From Candidatus Bathyarchaeia archaeon (GTDB taxonomy: Archaea; Thermoproteota; Bathyarchaeia; Bathyarchaeales; Bathycorpusculaceae): DNA of 64,000 nt. The notes under the pieces are model-generated. The model was not told where the DNA came from and ran no database searches. It saw only the letters and a program-made list of their open reading frames with translations. The stretch covers positions 1-64,000 of the forward strand of contig JAVZLS010000003.1 in NCBI GenBank assembly GCA_038883715.1. Direction: 5' to 3'. Positions 29,416-38,527 of this stretch are shown here, piece by piece (the first letter of the stretch is position 1; each line of letters starts with the position of its first letter). The position numbers and the translations under genes were made by a program.

Positions 29416-30951
29416 TTGAGTAAAAATGAAATTAGGGTTCAGTATTCTGGTTTTGTTATTTTTGCTGCGAAGTTGTTGAGTGTTGCCACTGGTTTGGCTT
29501 TCCAGTATATGATAGCCCGTTCCACTCGTCCGTCGGAGTATGGGGTTTGGTTTAACATAAATGATGTGCTTGCCTACTTCACAATCCTCGCTGGAATATT
29601 GCCCTTCTGGACTATGCGTTTTGTAGCCAGACAAGAAAAAGGAGCCGTTAAAACTGGCATAGTTGCAAACTTAGCCGTTTCCATAGCCGCAACAATCATT
29701 TATTTACCGCTTATACCATTGATAGTAACAGCACTTGGTGTGCAAAATTACATAAGCCTTTACATGCTGGTCTCAATTCAAATAGTTGAACTCCACCTGC
29801 TAAATGCTTTTGAAGCTTGCTTAAGAGCCAAAAAACCCCAGACTCTCGGCTATGGACTCTTAATAGCGGAAATATGCAAAGTATTGCTTGGATACATCCT
29901 TATAATCAAGCTTCAAAAACCATTAGAAGGGGCCATAATAAGCCTAACCACAGCCATCGCCACACAAATAATCTTCTACCTGAAACTGCTTGCCGAAGAC
30001 CTTAAACAAAACGTTAAATGGGCTTACGTGAAAGAGTGGGTAAAGGGCTCGGTTGCAAACATCTACAATGTTCTTGGCAACCAAATAGCTTCCTTCATCT
30101 TCATAATGCTCTTCACTTACGGGGGAGAAACAGCCAGAAGCAATTACGGTGCAGCCTTCCAAATAGCAAACATAATAACATACTCGTCTTTCCTAGCCTT
30201 CGCTTTATATCCAAAACTTTTGGTGGAAAAAAGCAGCCAAGACATCACAACATCCATAAAGACAGTCTTGATGTTCGCAATCCCCATGACCGCCGGAGCT
30301 CTAACATTACCAGAACTATATCTAACTATCCTCAAAAAAGAATATACAGAAGCTTGGTTAGTACTAACCGTTTTAGCCATAGACTCCCTTGTTGTTACAA
30401 TCTCTACACTTTACAGCTTTGTACTCTACGGGTATGAAAGAATAGACGAAGAGGCGAAAATACCCTTCAAAGAACTCATAAAAAGCAGACTGTTTATAGC
30501 CTTCTCGCTACCCTATATCCACTCGGCAATAACCATACCACTCACATACTATGTACTAACTACTTACACGCCAAACCAGCCCGTGCAATCAGCGCTTGCA
30601 GTTGCCATAATAAATTCGGCAGCCCGCTTCGCAATGTTCTTGATATTATATGCCATGGTCCAAAAAATGGTAAAAATGGAAATCCCGTGGAAAAATATTG
30701 CTAAATATGCTTTTGTCTCAATAATCATGAGCGGAGTTCTTTTCTTAACTAAAGAGGCGTTTGGGCTTCAACCAGGCAAAGCCAAAGTTCATCAGATTTT
30801 AGGCTTAACAGCCTTTGGCGGAATCTGCTACTTTGCACTACTTTCCACGATAGATGCGGATGCAAGGATGCTTACAAAGGCAGTTTGGCAAGAAATAAAG
30901 ATTAAAATGAGCAAGTTAAAATTCATGCATCGTTGTTCCACAACTCGTTAA
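29416..30951 (+). CDS. Oligosaccharide flippase (MOP/Wzx-like)
   Basis: About 14 hydrophobic segments, IARS...EYGVW; located at end of a GT cluster. Confidence 0.8.
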   Translation: MSKNEIRVQYSGFVIFAAKLLSVATGLAFQYMIARSTRPSEYGVWFNINDVLAYFTILAGILPFWTMRFVARQEKGAVKTGIVANLAVSIAATIIYLPLIPLIVTALGVQNYISLYMLVSIQIVELHLLNAFEACLRAKKPQTLGYGLLIAEICKVLLGYILIIKLQKPLEGAIISLTTAIATQIIFYLKLLAEDLKQNVKWAYVKEWVKGSVANIYNVLGNQIASFIFIMLFTYGGETARSNYGAAFQIANIITYSSFLAFALYPKLLVEKSSQDITTSIKTVLMFAIPMTAGALTLPELYLTILKKEYTEAWLVLTVLAIDSLVVTISTLYSFVLYGYERIDEEAKIPFKELIKSRLFIAFSLPYIHSAITIPLTYYVLTTYTPNQPVQSALAVAIINSAARFAMFLILYAMVQKMVKMEIPWKNIAKYAFVSIIMSGVLFLTKEAFGLQPGKAKVHQILGLTAFGGICYFALLSTIDADARMLTKAVWQEIKIKMSKLKFMHRCSTTR

Positions 30952-31794
30952 AGAGCGTTTTTAGGGCTTTTATGAAAGCGTCGTAGTTCGTCCATAAGGC
31001 TGCAACTTTCTTTTTGCCATTCTCCTTTCTAATTAGGAGGAGTAGGTGTTCGCTGTCTGCCAAAATAAAGGTCGGCAGTTCATCAGCATTTAAGCGCGAA
31101 TACCTCGCCCTTTTCAGCTTTGTTTTTTCCAAGAAGAAGCACGTCTTAGGCGAGTAAGTGGTTAAAAGCTGAACGTTTATGCCTCTTCTTTGATGTTTCT
31201 CAAGCTTGTCCAAAAACCCGAATGATAAAAGTTTGCAATGTCATATTCCGAAATGAAGACGAGGATTTCACTTTCAGCCTTGCTAATTATCTCGTCTGCC
31301 TTCAAGCTTATTTGTTCCTCACCCTCCAATATCTGGAAAACCTCTTTCCTTTCAAGCTCAACTTCAGGCTTTGGCAGCGAAAGCCATAAATCGACAAGGT
31401 TCTGCCTCTTTTTCTCAAGAAGGTTTAGCTTCATTCTTTTGGTTTCGATAAGTATGTCCAAAGCCTTCTCAAACGGCGTGGCGATAAATTTCAACGGTTT
31501 TTCAAAAACTGATGATATTAGCCCTCTTTTCTCCAAATCCCGCAAAATTCTGTAGGTCTCAGTCCTATGCAACGACAAAGCCTCGGAAATATCACTAGCC
31601 TTATGCTCACCCGTTCTGGCTAAGTAAACGTAAACCTTCACTTCATTCTTTGATAAGCCTAATCCACGAAGCGCCTTTTCAATGATTTCTATGGATTTGG
31701 TTGGTCCCTTATCCGCCTTTACGAAGCGCCACAGTCCACTATTTTCATCGTAGAGCTTTACGATGCTTTCGGGCTTTTCAACGGATAATTCCAT
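30923..31794 (-). CDS. TrmB family transcriptional regulator, split into two frames at about 31213
   Basis: HTH LGLSKNEVKVYVYL...HRTETYRILRDLEKRGLI; C-terminal domain (FILADSEHLLL...ALWTN...LFNELW) continues in the -1 frame after G GGT TTT. Confidence 0.85.
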
Positions 31795-31860
31795 TTAAAC
31801 CCCTTTTATTTTCAGCCTACTCCTCTTCAAATTCAGAGTCAGAAATCGAATCGGTATACG

Positions 31861-31902
31861 CCATATTTTATACTTCTGAATTCAAAATATGGATTCAAAA
31901 TA
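31861..31902. promoter_or_regulatory. Putative operator in divergent trmB / membrane-gene promoter
   Basis: Perfect 9-bp inverted repeat CCATATTTT(31861-69)-N14-AAAATATGG(31884-92) overlapping direct repeat ATTCAAAATA at 31880 and 31893. Confidence 0.5.
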
Positions 31903-31966
31903 CAGTTGACACCACCAAAACCTTAAAGGCAATAAAGCCCAACGCCAAGGTGGAGAACGGAGGGAA

Positions 31967-32434
31967 ATGGAGAGGCTAGGCTTATCCATAAATCTAAAGC
32001 ACTTCATACTCCCGAAAAATAATCACTGGTTAAGGAGAATAATTCTCATATTCACCTTTATCCTCTTCGACTGCCTTTCAACGATGCTTTTCTGCCGTGC
32101 ACCATCAGAAGAGGCGAATATTTATGCACAGGCTTTTATGGAAGTTTTCGGCATTCCAGCTGGACTAGCATTGTTTGTCTTGACAGCTAACCTTCCAATT
32201 TACATGGTGCTAAGCCTAGACTCCCATATTGTCAAATTTCCAGCGAATATGGCTATGTTTATAGAGTTATTTACCGATCTTGTCTTCGCATGGTTCATAG
32301 CAGGCTTACACTTCAGTGGAGGAACAAGCTGGTTTTGGCGCATCTCAGACATTGAACGCCAATTTATCGGCATGATGCTTTATCTCTGTGCAGCCCTCAT
32401 TTTTGTAAAGCCGCATAAACCACAATATGATTAA
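31967..32434 (+). CDS. Membrane protein (DUF5658-like)
   Basis: About four TM segments; FDCLST...EEAN motif. Confidence 0.6.
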   Translation: MERLGLSINLKHFILPKNNHWLRRIILIFTFILFDCLSTMLFCRAPSEEANIYAQAFMEVFGIPAGLALFVLTANLPIYMVLSLDSHIVKFPANMAMFIELFTDLVFAWFIAGLHFSGGTSWFWRISDIERQFIGMMLYLCAALIFVKPHKPQYD

Positions 32435-32532
32435 AAAGAGCCTAGTGCGTAACAGTTCGCCACATACTTAACTCTATTATCCGGCGCTTCTTTTGTAGTT
32501 AACTGTACTATTTAAAATGCTGGGGCTGTTTC

Positions 32533-33198
32533 ATGGAAAAAAAGGACGTAAAAGCAAACGAGAACGATAAGTCCACAGAGGCTAAGCCTACAGAAAGCCA
32601 AGAAGAGGTTGTAGAAGAAGCTTATTTTTTCCATCCCCTCCAATTTTCAGAAAGTGAAGAAGTTCTAAAGGCAGAAGAAATTGAAAAGCATAAGGTGGAA
32701 CTGGAGCAGAAACTACAAGAGCTGTTGAAAAGCATAAGCGAGGAAACCCTTCAACTAAGCGAGTTTTTAATGGAAGAAGATAAACTAATTAGAGATCTCT
32801 GCACGTCCATGAGGCAGATTCTGAAAAAATTAAATGTCTCATTCAACATTCCGCCGCGAGAAATACCAATAAAGGCTAGGGTGAAAAAGGTCATTTTAAA
32901 CGAGGAATGTAATCTCATACTTGTCTACGAAAAGGGTGAAGTGCATTCTGCCTTTTTGGCTGAGTACCCGCCCGAAATTGTTATGGCCACTTTGATGGTA
33001 ATAATGCCTGAACTAGCCGAAGTTATAATGCTTTACAGAAAGAAAATAAGCACGCGTGTAAGCCTCTTCGCCAAGATAAAGAAGGAGCTTAAGAGCGTTG
33101 TAAAAGCTATAGTTGGAAGCAAGGAAGCGGAAACATCAGAAAAAGAATCGATGGATGTTGTCAAGGACTCGCTGCAAAACGAAAACCAAGAAAGCTGA
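32533..33198 (+). CDS. Hypothetical coiled-coil protein with acidic N-terminus
   Basis: 221 aa, helix / beta insert / helix pattern; 2 nt from next gene. Confidence 0.7.
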   Translation: MEKKDVKANENDKSTEAKPTESQEEVVEEAYFFHPLQFSESEEVLKAEEIEKHKVELEQKLQELLKSISEETLQLSEFLMEEDKLIRDLCTSMRQILKKLNVSFNIPPREIPIKARVKKVILNEECNLILVYEKGEVHSAFLAEYPPEIVMATLMVIMPELAEVIMLYRKKISTRVSLFAKIKKELKSVVKAIVGSKEAETSEKESMDVVKDSLQNENQES

Positions 33199-33200
33199 AG

Positions 33201-33734
33201 GTGGCAAAAATGGATGGTATAACAACTGAAATCAGAACCTTCTACTCAGCAAGAGAAATACGAGAGGCTGTTGAAGCTGAAATAAACCAGTATAAAACTT
33301 TGCTGGACGATTACAGCCAATGGCTCGGAACCCTCCTAAGAAGCCCGGAAACCTCCAAAAATCAAGAATGGACAAAAAAGGCGTCAGATTTACAGAAAAT
33401 CTTAAGGAGCGGTGGCAGAAAGGGCGAAAGAAAGGAGAAACCAGCCTTAGCAGAGTGGGTTAAGTTTAAGGATCTGATGCTCTGCGCCGATGACTTCGGA
33501 GAAGTGGAAATAATTTTTGAGGCAGTCGAAGAGCTTAAGAATAAACTTGACAAGCTTGAAAAGGTTAAGGCTTCCCTCATGGAACTTGAACGCTACGGTT
33601 TAGGGAAAAACATCGTTTATGTCACATTCATACACGATGGAATCCCAGAAAAAATAGCTGTAAAGCCAAAAAAGGAGTTAGAGGAAGAAAAGTTCAAGTT
33701 TATTGTCGATTTTTCAGTGATAAAACAGCTGTAA
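33201..33734 (+). CDS. Hypothetical coiled-coil protein
   Basis: 177 aa, two heptad-rich helices around an insert, C-terminal beta segment with DGIPEKI. Confidence 0.7.
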   Translation: MAKMDGITTEIRTFYSAREIREAVEAEINQYKTLLDDYSQWLGTLLRSPETSKNQEWTKKASDLQKILRSGGRKGERKEKPALAEWVKFKDLMLCADDFGEVEIIFEAVEELKNKLDKLEKVKASLMELERYGLGKNIVYVTFIHDGIPEKIAVKPKKELEEEKFKFIVDFSVIKQL

Positions 33735-33745
33735 AACAACGCCAA

Positions 33746-35437
33746 TTAACTTGCGCTATATTCTATGAACGCTTTAGTGAACTTCTTCATTAAATCGAAG
33801 GGACTTTCAACAACACAATGCGTTCTAATGTAACGTTTAACAGCGGTGCTGTTGACCCCTATACCTATTAAGCCGACGCCCATCCGCTCAACTTTTTTAA
33901 TGTTCTCCTTCAACTTTTCTTCCGCGTCATCATACCCTGTGGGGTAAAAGTCTGAAACCACAACTAAGACCCGTGCCTCTTCTAAGCGGCGCGTCAAAGC
34001 TTGAGCTGCTAGCAAGATGGCGTCTGACAAAAAGGTAAAACCACCATGGGTTAAGCCTCCAATTCTCGCTCTGACGCGAGCATCATACTTTTCTGTGAAG
34101 TCTTTTATTACGTAAAATTTGTTGTTGAAGGCGTACATTCCCCAAGAGTTCTGGTTTAGGATGAGCATCCTAGCGACTTCGGCTAAGCAGAGGGCTATGC
34201 CCCTAACCTCACCCTTAAACATGTTTAGGCTGTGGCTTGCATCGATAAGTATGGACCACGCATCCTCTCTTGTTTGAAGTTCCTCGCGAACAAAAATATC
34301 CGTCCGTTGACTTTTGCTTGCAATAACTTGTATAGCCTCTTGTAAATCGATGAACCCGCTTTCTTGCTTAAAGTCTTCACCGCTGATATTCTTTAGAAGC
34401 CTTAATTGATGGAGAACCCGCCTAATGGGACTGCTTAAAATTTCCCTTCGTCTTTGAAATTCAGCGTAATCCTCAACTGGAAAGGAGAAATCCTCAAATT
34501 CTGTATCCTTCCCACTTTCCTTGTAACCATTTAAAATTTTAATTTGTGCTTTTTCGCGTTCTAACCAGGCTGTTAAAGCGCGGTTTGCATCGTTACCATC
34601 TAAGGATTGAAGAGCCGAGTTTAGTTTTTGTTCGTCCATAAACTCTGGGTCAACTTTTTGCAACATTTCGATTAAGAGGTTCTGTATTTCGTCTTCTTTT
34701 GGCAATTTCTCCTTATAGAAGGGATCGTTTGTTCCGTGACTTTCAGTGTATAAAAGTGAGGGCACTTCAAAAGCTTGACCGAAAAGGGACAGGGCATCGT
34801 AAATTTTGTTCGCACAATCTATCTTGTCATTTACACTTGGATTTTCTTGAATATTCTGCAGAATGGATGTTATGGCTTCAACCTCTGTTAGGACTTCGTC
34901 TTTAAGCGCCCCTTTAACTTTCCCAAGATTATAGTTTAAGAGAGTTAAAGCCATCACCCGCGAAATGTCATTTGAAAGTTCTTCAGCGCTTTTCATTCGG
35001 AGGTAGGAGATAACGTTTGCATAGGTTATTTCTGGAAGCATCCACCTAAAAGACTGCTTCAAGTTTTTGTTGATTACCGCGTCTTCAACGAGGCTAACAG
35101 CGAAGGTGGATAGGCTTGGTTGTTTTCCCTTTGCCCAATGTGAGTAAATGGAAAAATCTGACAAGAGGGCGTGTAAGCTTAGATGATAAACAGATGCTTT
35201 AAACAAGTACCAAATAATCTTTCTATGAGTTGGATTTTGGAGGTCAAATTTTAACCCTTGGAAGACAACGTGGTTGTCATTCAGTCTTAAAGGTTTGATT
35301 AAATGAAGGACATATCCTCTTGCATCCTTCCCAAGATAAGGATATCTCAAATCATCGTGGAGAAGAACCTTAAGTTCGTTATAGGATTTCTTGGTGACTT
35401 GAAGAGCTGCTGACCAGGCAAAATCAAAAAAGTTCAA
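33746..35437 (-). CDS. VWA-domain protein (NorD/CbbO-like AAA+ adaptor)
   Basis: MIDAS ILIDASHS, GGFT, VVVSD; N-terminal degenerate HxxxH...ED (HLSLH...LVEDAVIN). Confidence 0.85.
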   Translation of the reverse strand: MNFFDFAWSAALQVTKKSYNELKVLLHDDLRYPYLGKDARGYVLHLIKPLRLNDNHVVFQGLKFDLQNPTHRKIIWYLFKASVYHLSLHALLSDFSIYSHWAKGKQPSLSTFAVSLVEDAVINKNLKQSFRWMLPEITYANVISYLRMKSAEELSNDISRVMALTLLNYNLGKVKGALKDEVLTEVEAITSILQNIQENPSVNDKIDCANKIYDALSLFGQAFEVPSLLYTESHGTNDPFYKEKLPKEDEIQNLLIEMLQKVDPEFMDEQKLNSALQSLDGNDANRALTAWLEREKAQIKILNGYKESGKDTEFEDFSFPVEDYAEFQRRREILSSPIRRVLHQLRLLKNISGEDFKQESGFIDLQEAIQVIASKSQRTDIFVREELQTREDAWSILIDASHSLNMFKGEVRGIALCLAEVARMLILNQNSWGMYAFNNKFYVIKDFTEKYDARVRARIGGLTHGGFTFLSDAILLAAQALTRRLEEARVLVVVSDFYPTGYDDAEEKLKENIKKVERMGVGLIGIGVNSTAVKRYIRTHCVVESPFDLMKKFTKAFIEYSAS

Positions 35438-35450
35438 GGCATAACCCGCT

Positions 35451-36536
35451 CTAGGATGAGCCGAATATAGATTCGATCACTCGCTTTACTGCGGCCTGAA
35501 TTTCTACGTCATCGCTTGTTGTTCCCACAATTGTTTCAACCGCCGCCTCAATAGGTGGGCTTCCATCAACTATTAACGTTGCCCAGTTTATGAGGTCACC
35601 GGGGGAGGGCCCATATGGTAAGTCGCCATTTTTATACTGCCTCCGAAGTTCGGCGCCCACACGAACTATTTTTTCTGCAGTTTTTACGTCAATGCCTGTT
35701 CTCTTTACAATTAGTTCTACTTCTTCGGGGGCTATTTTGTCTCCGACACTTAGGTAGTCGAAGTTTATCCAGACCGACATTCGCCTTCTTAAAGCGGCGT
35801 TTAGTGGTTTTGTTCCAACGAACTCCGCTGAAAAGGGGTTCATTGAGATTATTAAATAGCCGTAAGGGTGCCTCTTCACAATTTCATTATCCTTCTCCGT
35901 TAAAACTATGTGGCCCCGGGTATCCAGAACCGGGTTAAGTCTTGAGGCTATGTCCTGTTTCATCATGTTTGCCTCGTCAAGGTACAGAATGCCTCCATTT
36001 CTGCACCACATTACAATTTGCCCATCAATCCAGTTCTCCTTCCCAAGGCCAATATACCGCCCAAACAGGTCATAGGCAGAAGTCTGCAAACCACAGTTTA
36101 TTTCCCAAATAGGCAGTCCACACAACTCCGCGATGAGGTAGACTATGTGAGTTTTTCCAGTTCCGCTGGGACCAACCAAAGCGCACTGCTTAAAATAATA
36201 CAACGCACGCACTATCCTTTCAACATAATTGAAGCCTCTATCTACATATTCCGGAGTATTTCGTGGTATAAGGGAACGCACCGACTCTGGAAAAGCATAA
36301 CCTGGATGAAGGTCATACTTATCTATACGATACTTCTTCCTTAACTCGGCGGTCGTGTAATCTTCAACCGTAGCTGTTTTCGTTATCGAAACTGATATCC
36401 TTGTATCCTTGATCTCGGCCTTCGTCTGCTCTTCAGTTACATATACGGCGTTGCCTTGCTTCTTTCTACCGCCTTGATGCCCGAAACCAACGAGTGCCAC
36501 TGGTTCCTCTTCTAATTTTTGCTTGTTTTGCGACAA
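35451..36536 (-). CDS. MoxR-family AAA+ ATPase (CbbQ/NirQ/NorQ type)
   Basis: Walker A GPSGTGKT, WIDG, Walker B LYLDE, SMNP, LNAALRRR, CbbQ_C-like GPSPGDLINWA. Confidence 0.9.
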   Translation of the reverse strand: MSQNKQKLEEEPVALVGFGHQGGRKKQGNAVYVTEEQTKAEIKDTRISVSITKTATVEDYTTAELRKKYRIDKYDLHPGYAFPESVRSLIPRNTPEYVDRGFNYVERIVRALYYFKQCALVGPSGTGKTHIVYLIAELCGLPIWEINCGLQTSAYDLFGRYIGLGKENWIDGQIVMWCRNGGILYLDEANMMKQDIASRLNPVLDTRGHIVLTEKDNEIVKRHPYGYLIISMNPFSAEFVGTKPLNAALRRRMSVWINFDYLSVGDKIAPEEVELIVKRTGIDVKTAEKIVRVGAELRRQYKNGDLPYGPSPGDLINWATLIVDGSPPIEAAVETIVGTTSDDVEIQAAVKRVIESIFGSS

Positions 36537-36630
36537 TTCGTTCCCTCCGTTTTCAATTATTGGTGCGCTGGCTTTTCATTTAAATATTGCTTCTCACTAT
36601 TCAATACACTTAATTAATAGACCACGAAAC

Positions 36631-37305
36631 CTAAGTAATCACAAAACCATCTCGCATTTTATAAACCACATCTGAAGCTCTTGTTATTCTTTCATCATGC
36701 GTAGCAACAACAACTGTTATTTTGCGCTCTTTACATAACTTATAAAGTAGCTCGATAATTTCTTTTCCAGTTACGGAATCAAGTTCTCCTGTTGGTTCGT
36801 CAGCGATAACAACTTCGGGATTGTTGGCTAGAGCTCTGGCTATAGCAACTCGCTGCATTTCGCCCATACTTAACTTGCTTGGGAGATGATCTTTCCTATT
36901 TTCCATTCCGACAAGTTCAAGAAGATGACTTGCCCTTTCACGCTGTTCTTCGGAGGATTTCCCCGCAAGCATTAGGGGCAACTCAACATTTTCTAGGCTT
37001 GTCAATGTCGGCAGCAAATTAAAGTTCTGGAAAACAAAACCTATGCGAAGGAGCCTTATTTTTCTCCTTTCCTTATCGCTGATTTTCGTCATGTCTTTTC
37101 CGTTAAAGAATATTTGACCATAGGTTGGCTTATCATTTAACCCTAAAAGATTAAGGAATGTCGTTTTGCCTGATCCGGATGGTCCGACAATAGATACAAA
37201 GCTAGCCTCTTTTACTTCCAAGTTTACATTTCTTACAGCCACTACATCGATTGAGCCAGCATGGAAAATTTTTGTTAAATTAACAGTTTTGATGTGCAAT
37301 CTCAA
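36631..37305 (-). CDS. ABC transporter ATP-binding protein (LolD/MacB type)
   Basis: GPSGSGKT, IGFVFQNFNLL, LSMGEMQRVAIARAL, ADEPTGELD, ATHD. Confidence 0.93.
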   Translation of the reverse strand: MRLHIKTVNLTKIFHAGSIDVVAVRNVNLEVKEASFVSIVGPSGSGKTTFLNLLGLNDKPTYGQIFFNGKDMTKISDKERRKIRLLRIGFVFQNFNLLPTLTSLENVELPLMLAGKSSEEQRERASHLLELVGMENRKDHLPSKLSMGEMQRVAIARALANNPEVVIADEPTGELDSVTGKEIIELLYKLCKERKITVVVATHDERITRASDVVYKMRDGFVIT

Positions 37306-38468
37306 TGCTCGCCCCTTAGAATTTCTATAGTAAGCTCTCTGTTTGCTATGAGTGAAGAGATAATTCCACCGAGGCAGCTGAAAGTTGTTGTCAATGTTAT
37401 AGTTTCTAAGGCTAATGAAAGGGGTAATAGGTCGATTACGTTTGGCATGAATAGCTGAACTGGAATACTGGTATATCTACTTACAATGAATAGCGCTGCG
37501 ATAATCCCCAGAACTAATCCCATGAGGCTGCCAAATAGTCCGATAGTCATAGTCTCAATTACAACCATACGCAAAGTGATGGATTTCGGCGCACCAATAG
37601 CGCCAAGAATGGCAAACTCCCTTTTCCTTTCAGATATGCTCATAAAAGTGATTGTTGCAACAAGGCACATTGTCAAAGTTAATAATGCGACAGTGACACC
37701 AAAGTTCCAATTCTTTAGTTCGTTAAGCAAAGGTCGAATAAAGTCGTTTCGCTCTTCTTCTGTTAGAGCCTTAACACCTGTTATTTCGTTTTCAATATCT
37801 CTTGATAGCACATCCCCGTTTATAGTCTCGTCGGGCTCTACCACTATCATGCTTACTAGTCCGTCAAATTTGTAAATTTTTTGGGCTGTCCTTAATGGCA
37901 TGATTACCGCTTGCGAAAGAATCGCTATTCTTATGTCAAGAACACCGACAACTTCCATTATGTGATTTTTAATGTCCACTTTCGAGCCTACGCTTAAACC
38001 ATATTGGTCAGCAAGCGACAACCCAACAACAATTTCTTCAGCGGTGTCGTTTTGAGGCCACCTTCCAGCTTTTAAAGGGATATTTCCAACTAGAACATGC
38101 CAGCTATCGGAAGGCATTCCAATCGTCACATTTGATGGTAAAAGTGCGTCCTCGCTTTCTCTGAAGTTTAATTGGAAAAACAATGGTGTGATGTTTTTAA
38201 CTCCTTGAATTTGGCTAATTTCCTCTAAAATATTCTCGGGTATCGCACCTCCTATAGGGAAGGCTTGAATCACAAATACTCCTCTTGCAACTACAAGAAT
38301 TTTCCCTTTGAAAAGTGAACTCATCTCTTCAACAAGGTTTGTGCACCTTGTTATTGTAGTGCCAATGCCTATTAACATCATTGTGGATAATGCTACCCCT
38401 AAAATGCATAACATTGTGCGAAGTTTTCGACGTCGAAGATTTCGAAAACTCATTGTGAGTAGGTGCAA
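37302..38468 (-). CDS. ABC transporter permease (MacB/FtsX type)
   Basis: FRNLRRRKLRT + TM, extracytoplasmic domain, SISERKREFAILGAIGA, three C-terminal TMs. Confidence 0.9.
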   Translation of the reverse strand: MHLLTMSFRNLRRRKLRTMLCILGVALSTMMLIGIGTTITRCTNLVEEMSSLFKGKILVVARGVFVIQAFPIGGAIPENILEEISQIQGVKNITPLFFQLNFRESEDALLPSNVTIGMPSDSWHVLVGNIPLKAGRWPQNDTAEEIVVGLSLADQYGLSVGSKVDIKNHIMEVVGVLDIRIAILSQAVIMPLRTAQKIYKFDGLVSMIVVEPDETINGDVLSRDIENEITGVKALTEEERNDFIRPLLNELKNWNFGVTVALLTLTMCLVATITFMSISERKREFAILGAIGAPKSITLRMVVIETMTIGLFGSLMGLVLGIIAALFIVSRYTSIPVQLFMPNVIDLLPLSLALETITLTTTFSCLGGIISSLIANRELTIEILRGEH

Positions 38469-38527
38469 GGTTACTCCTCTTTACACAGAATCTATTAAAC
38501 ACTTTTATATACATCTCTTCTAACTAA

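Noticed and set aside
32533-36536. Gas vesicle cluster (GvpN-like ATPase plus coiled-coil proteins)
   Set aside because: No GvpA/J-like small hydrophobic protein is present, and the ATPase is paired with a NorD/CbbO-like VWA protein
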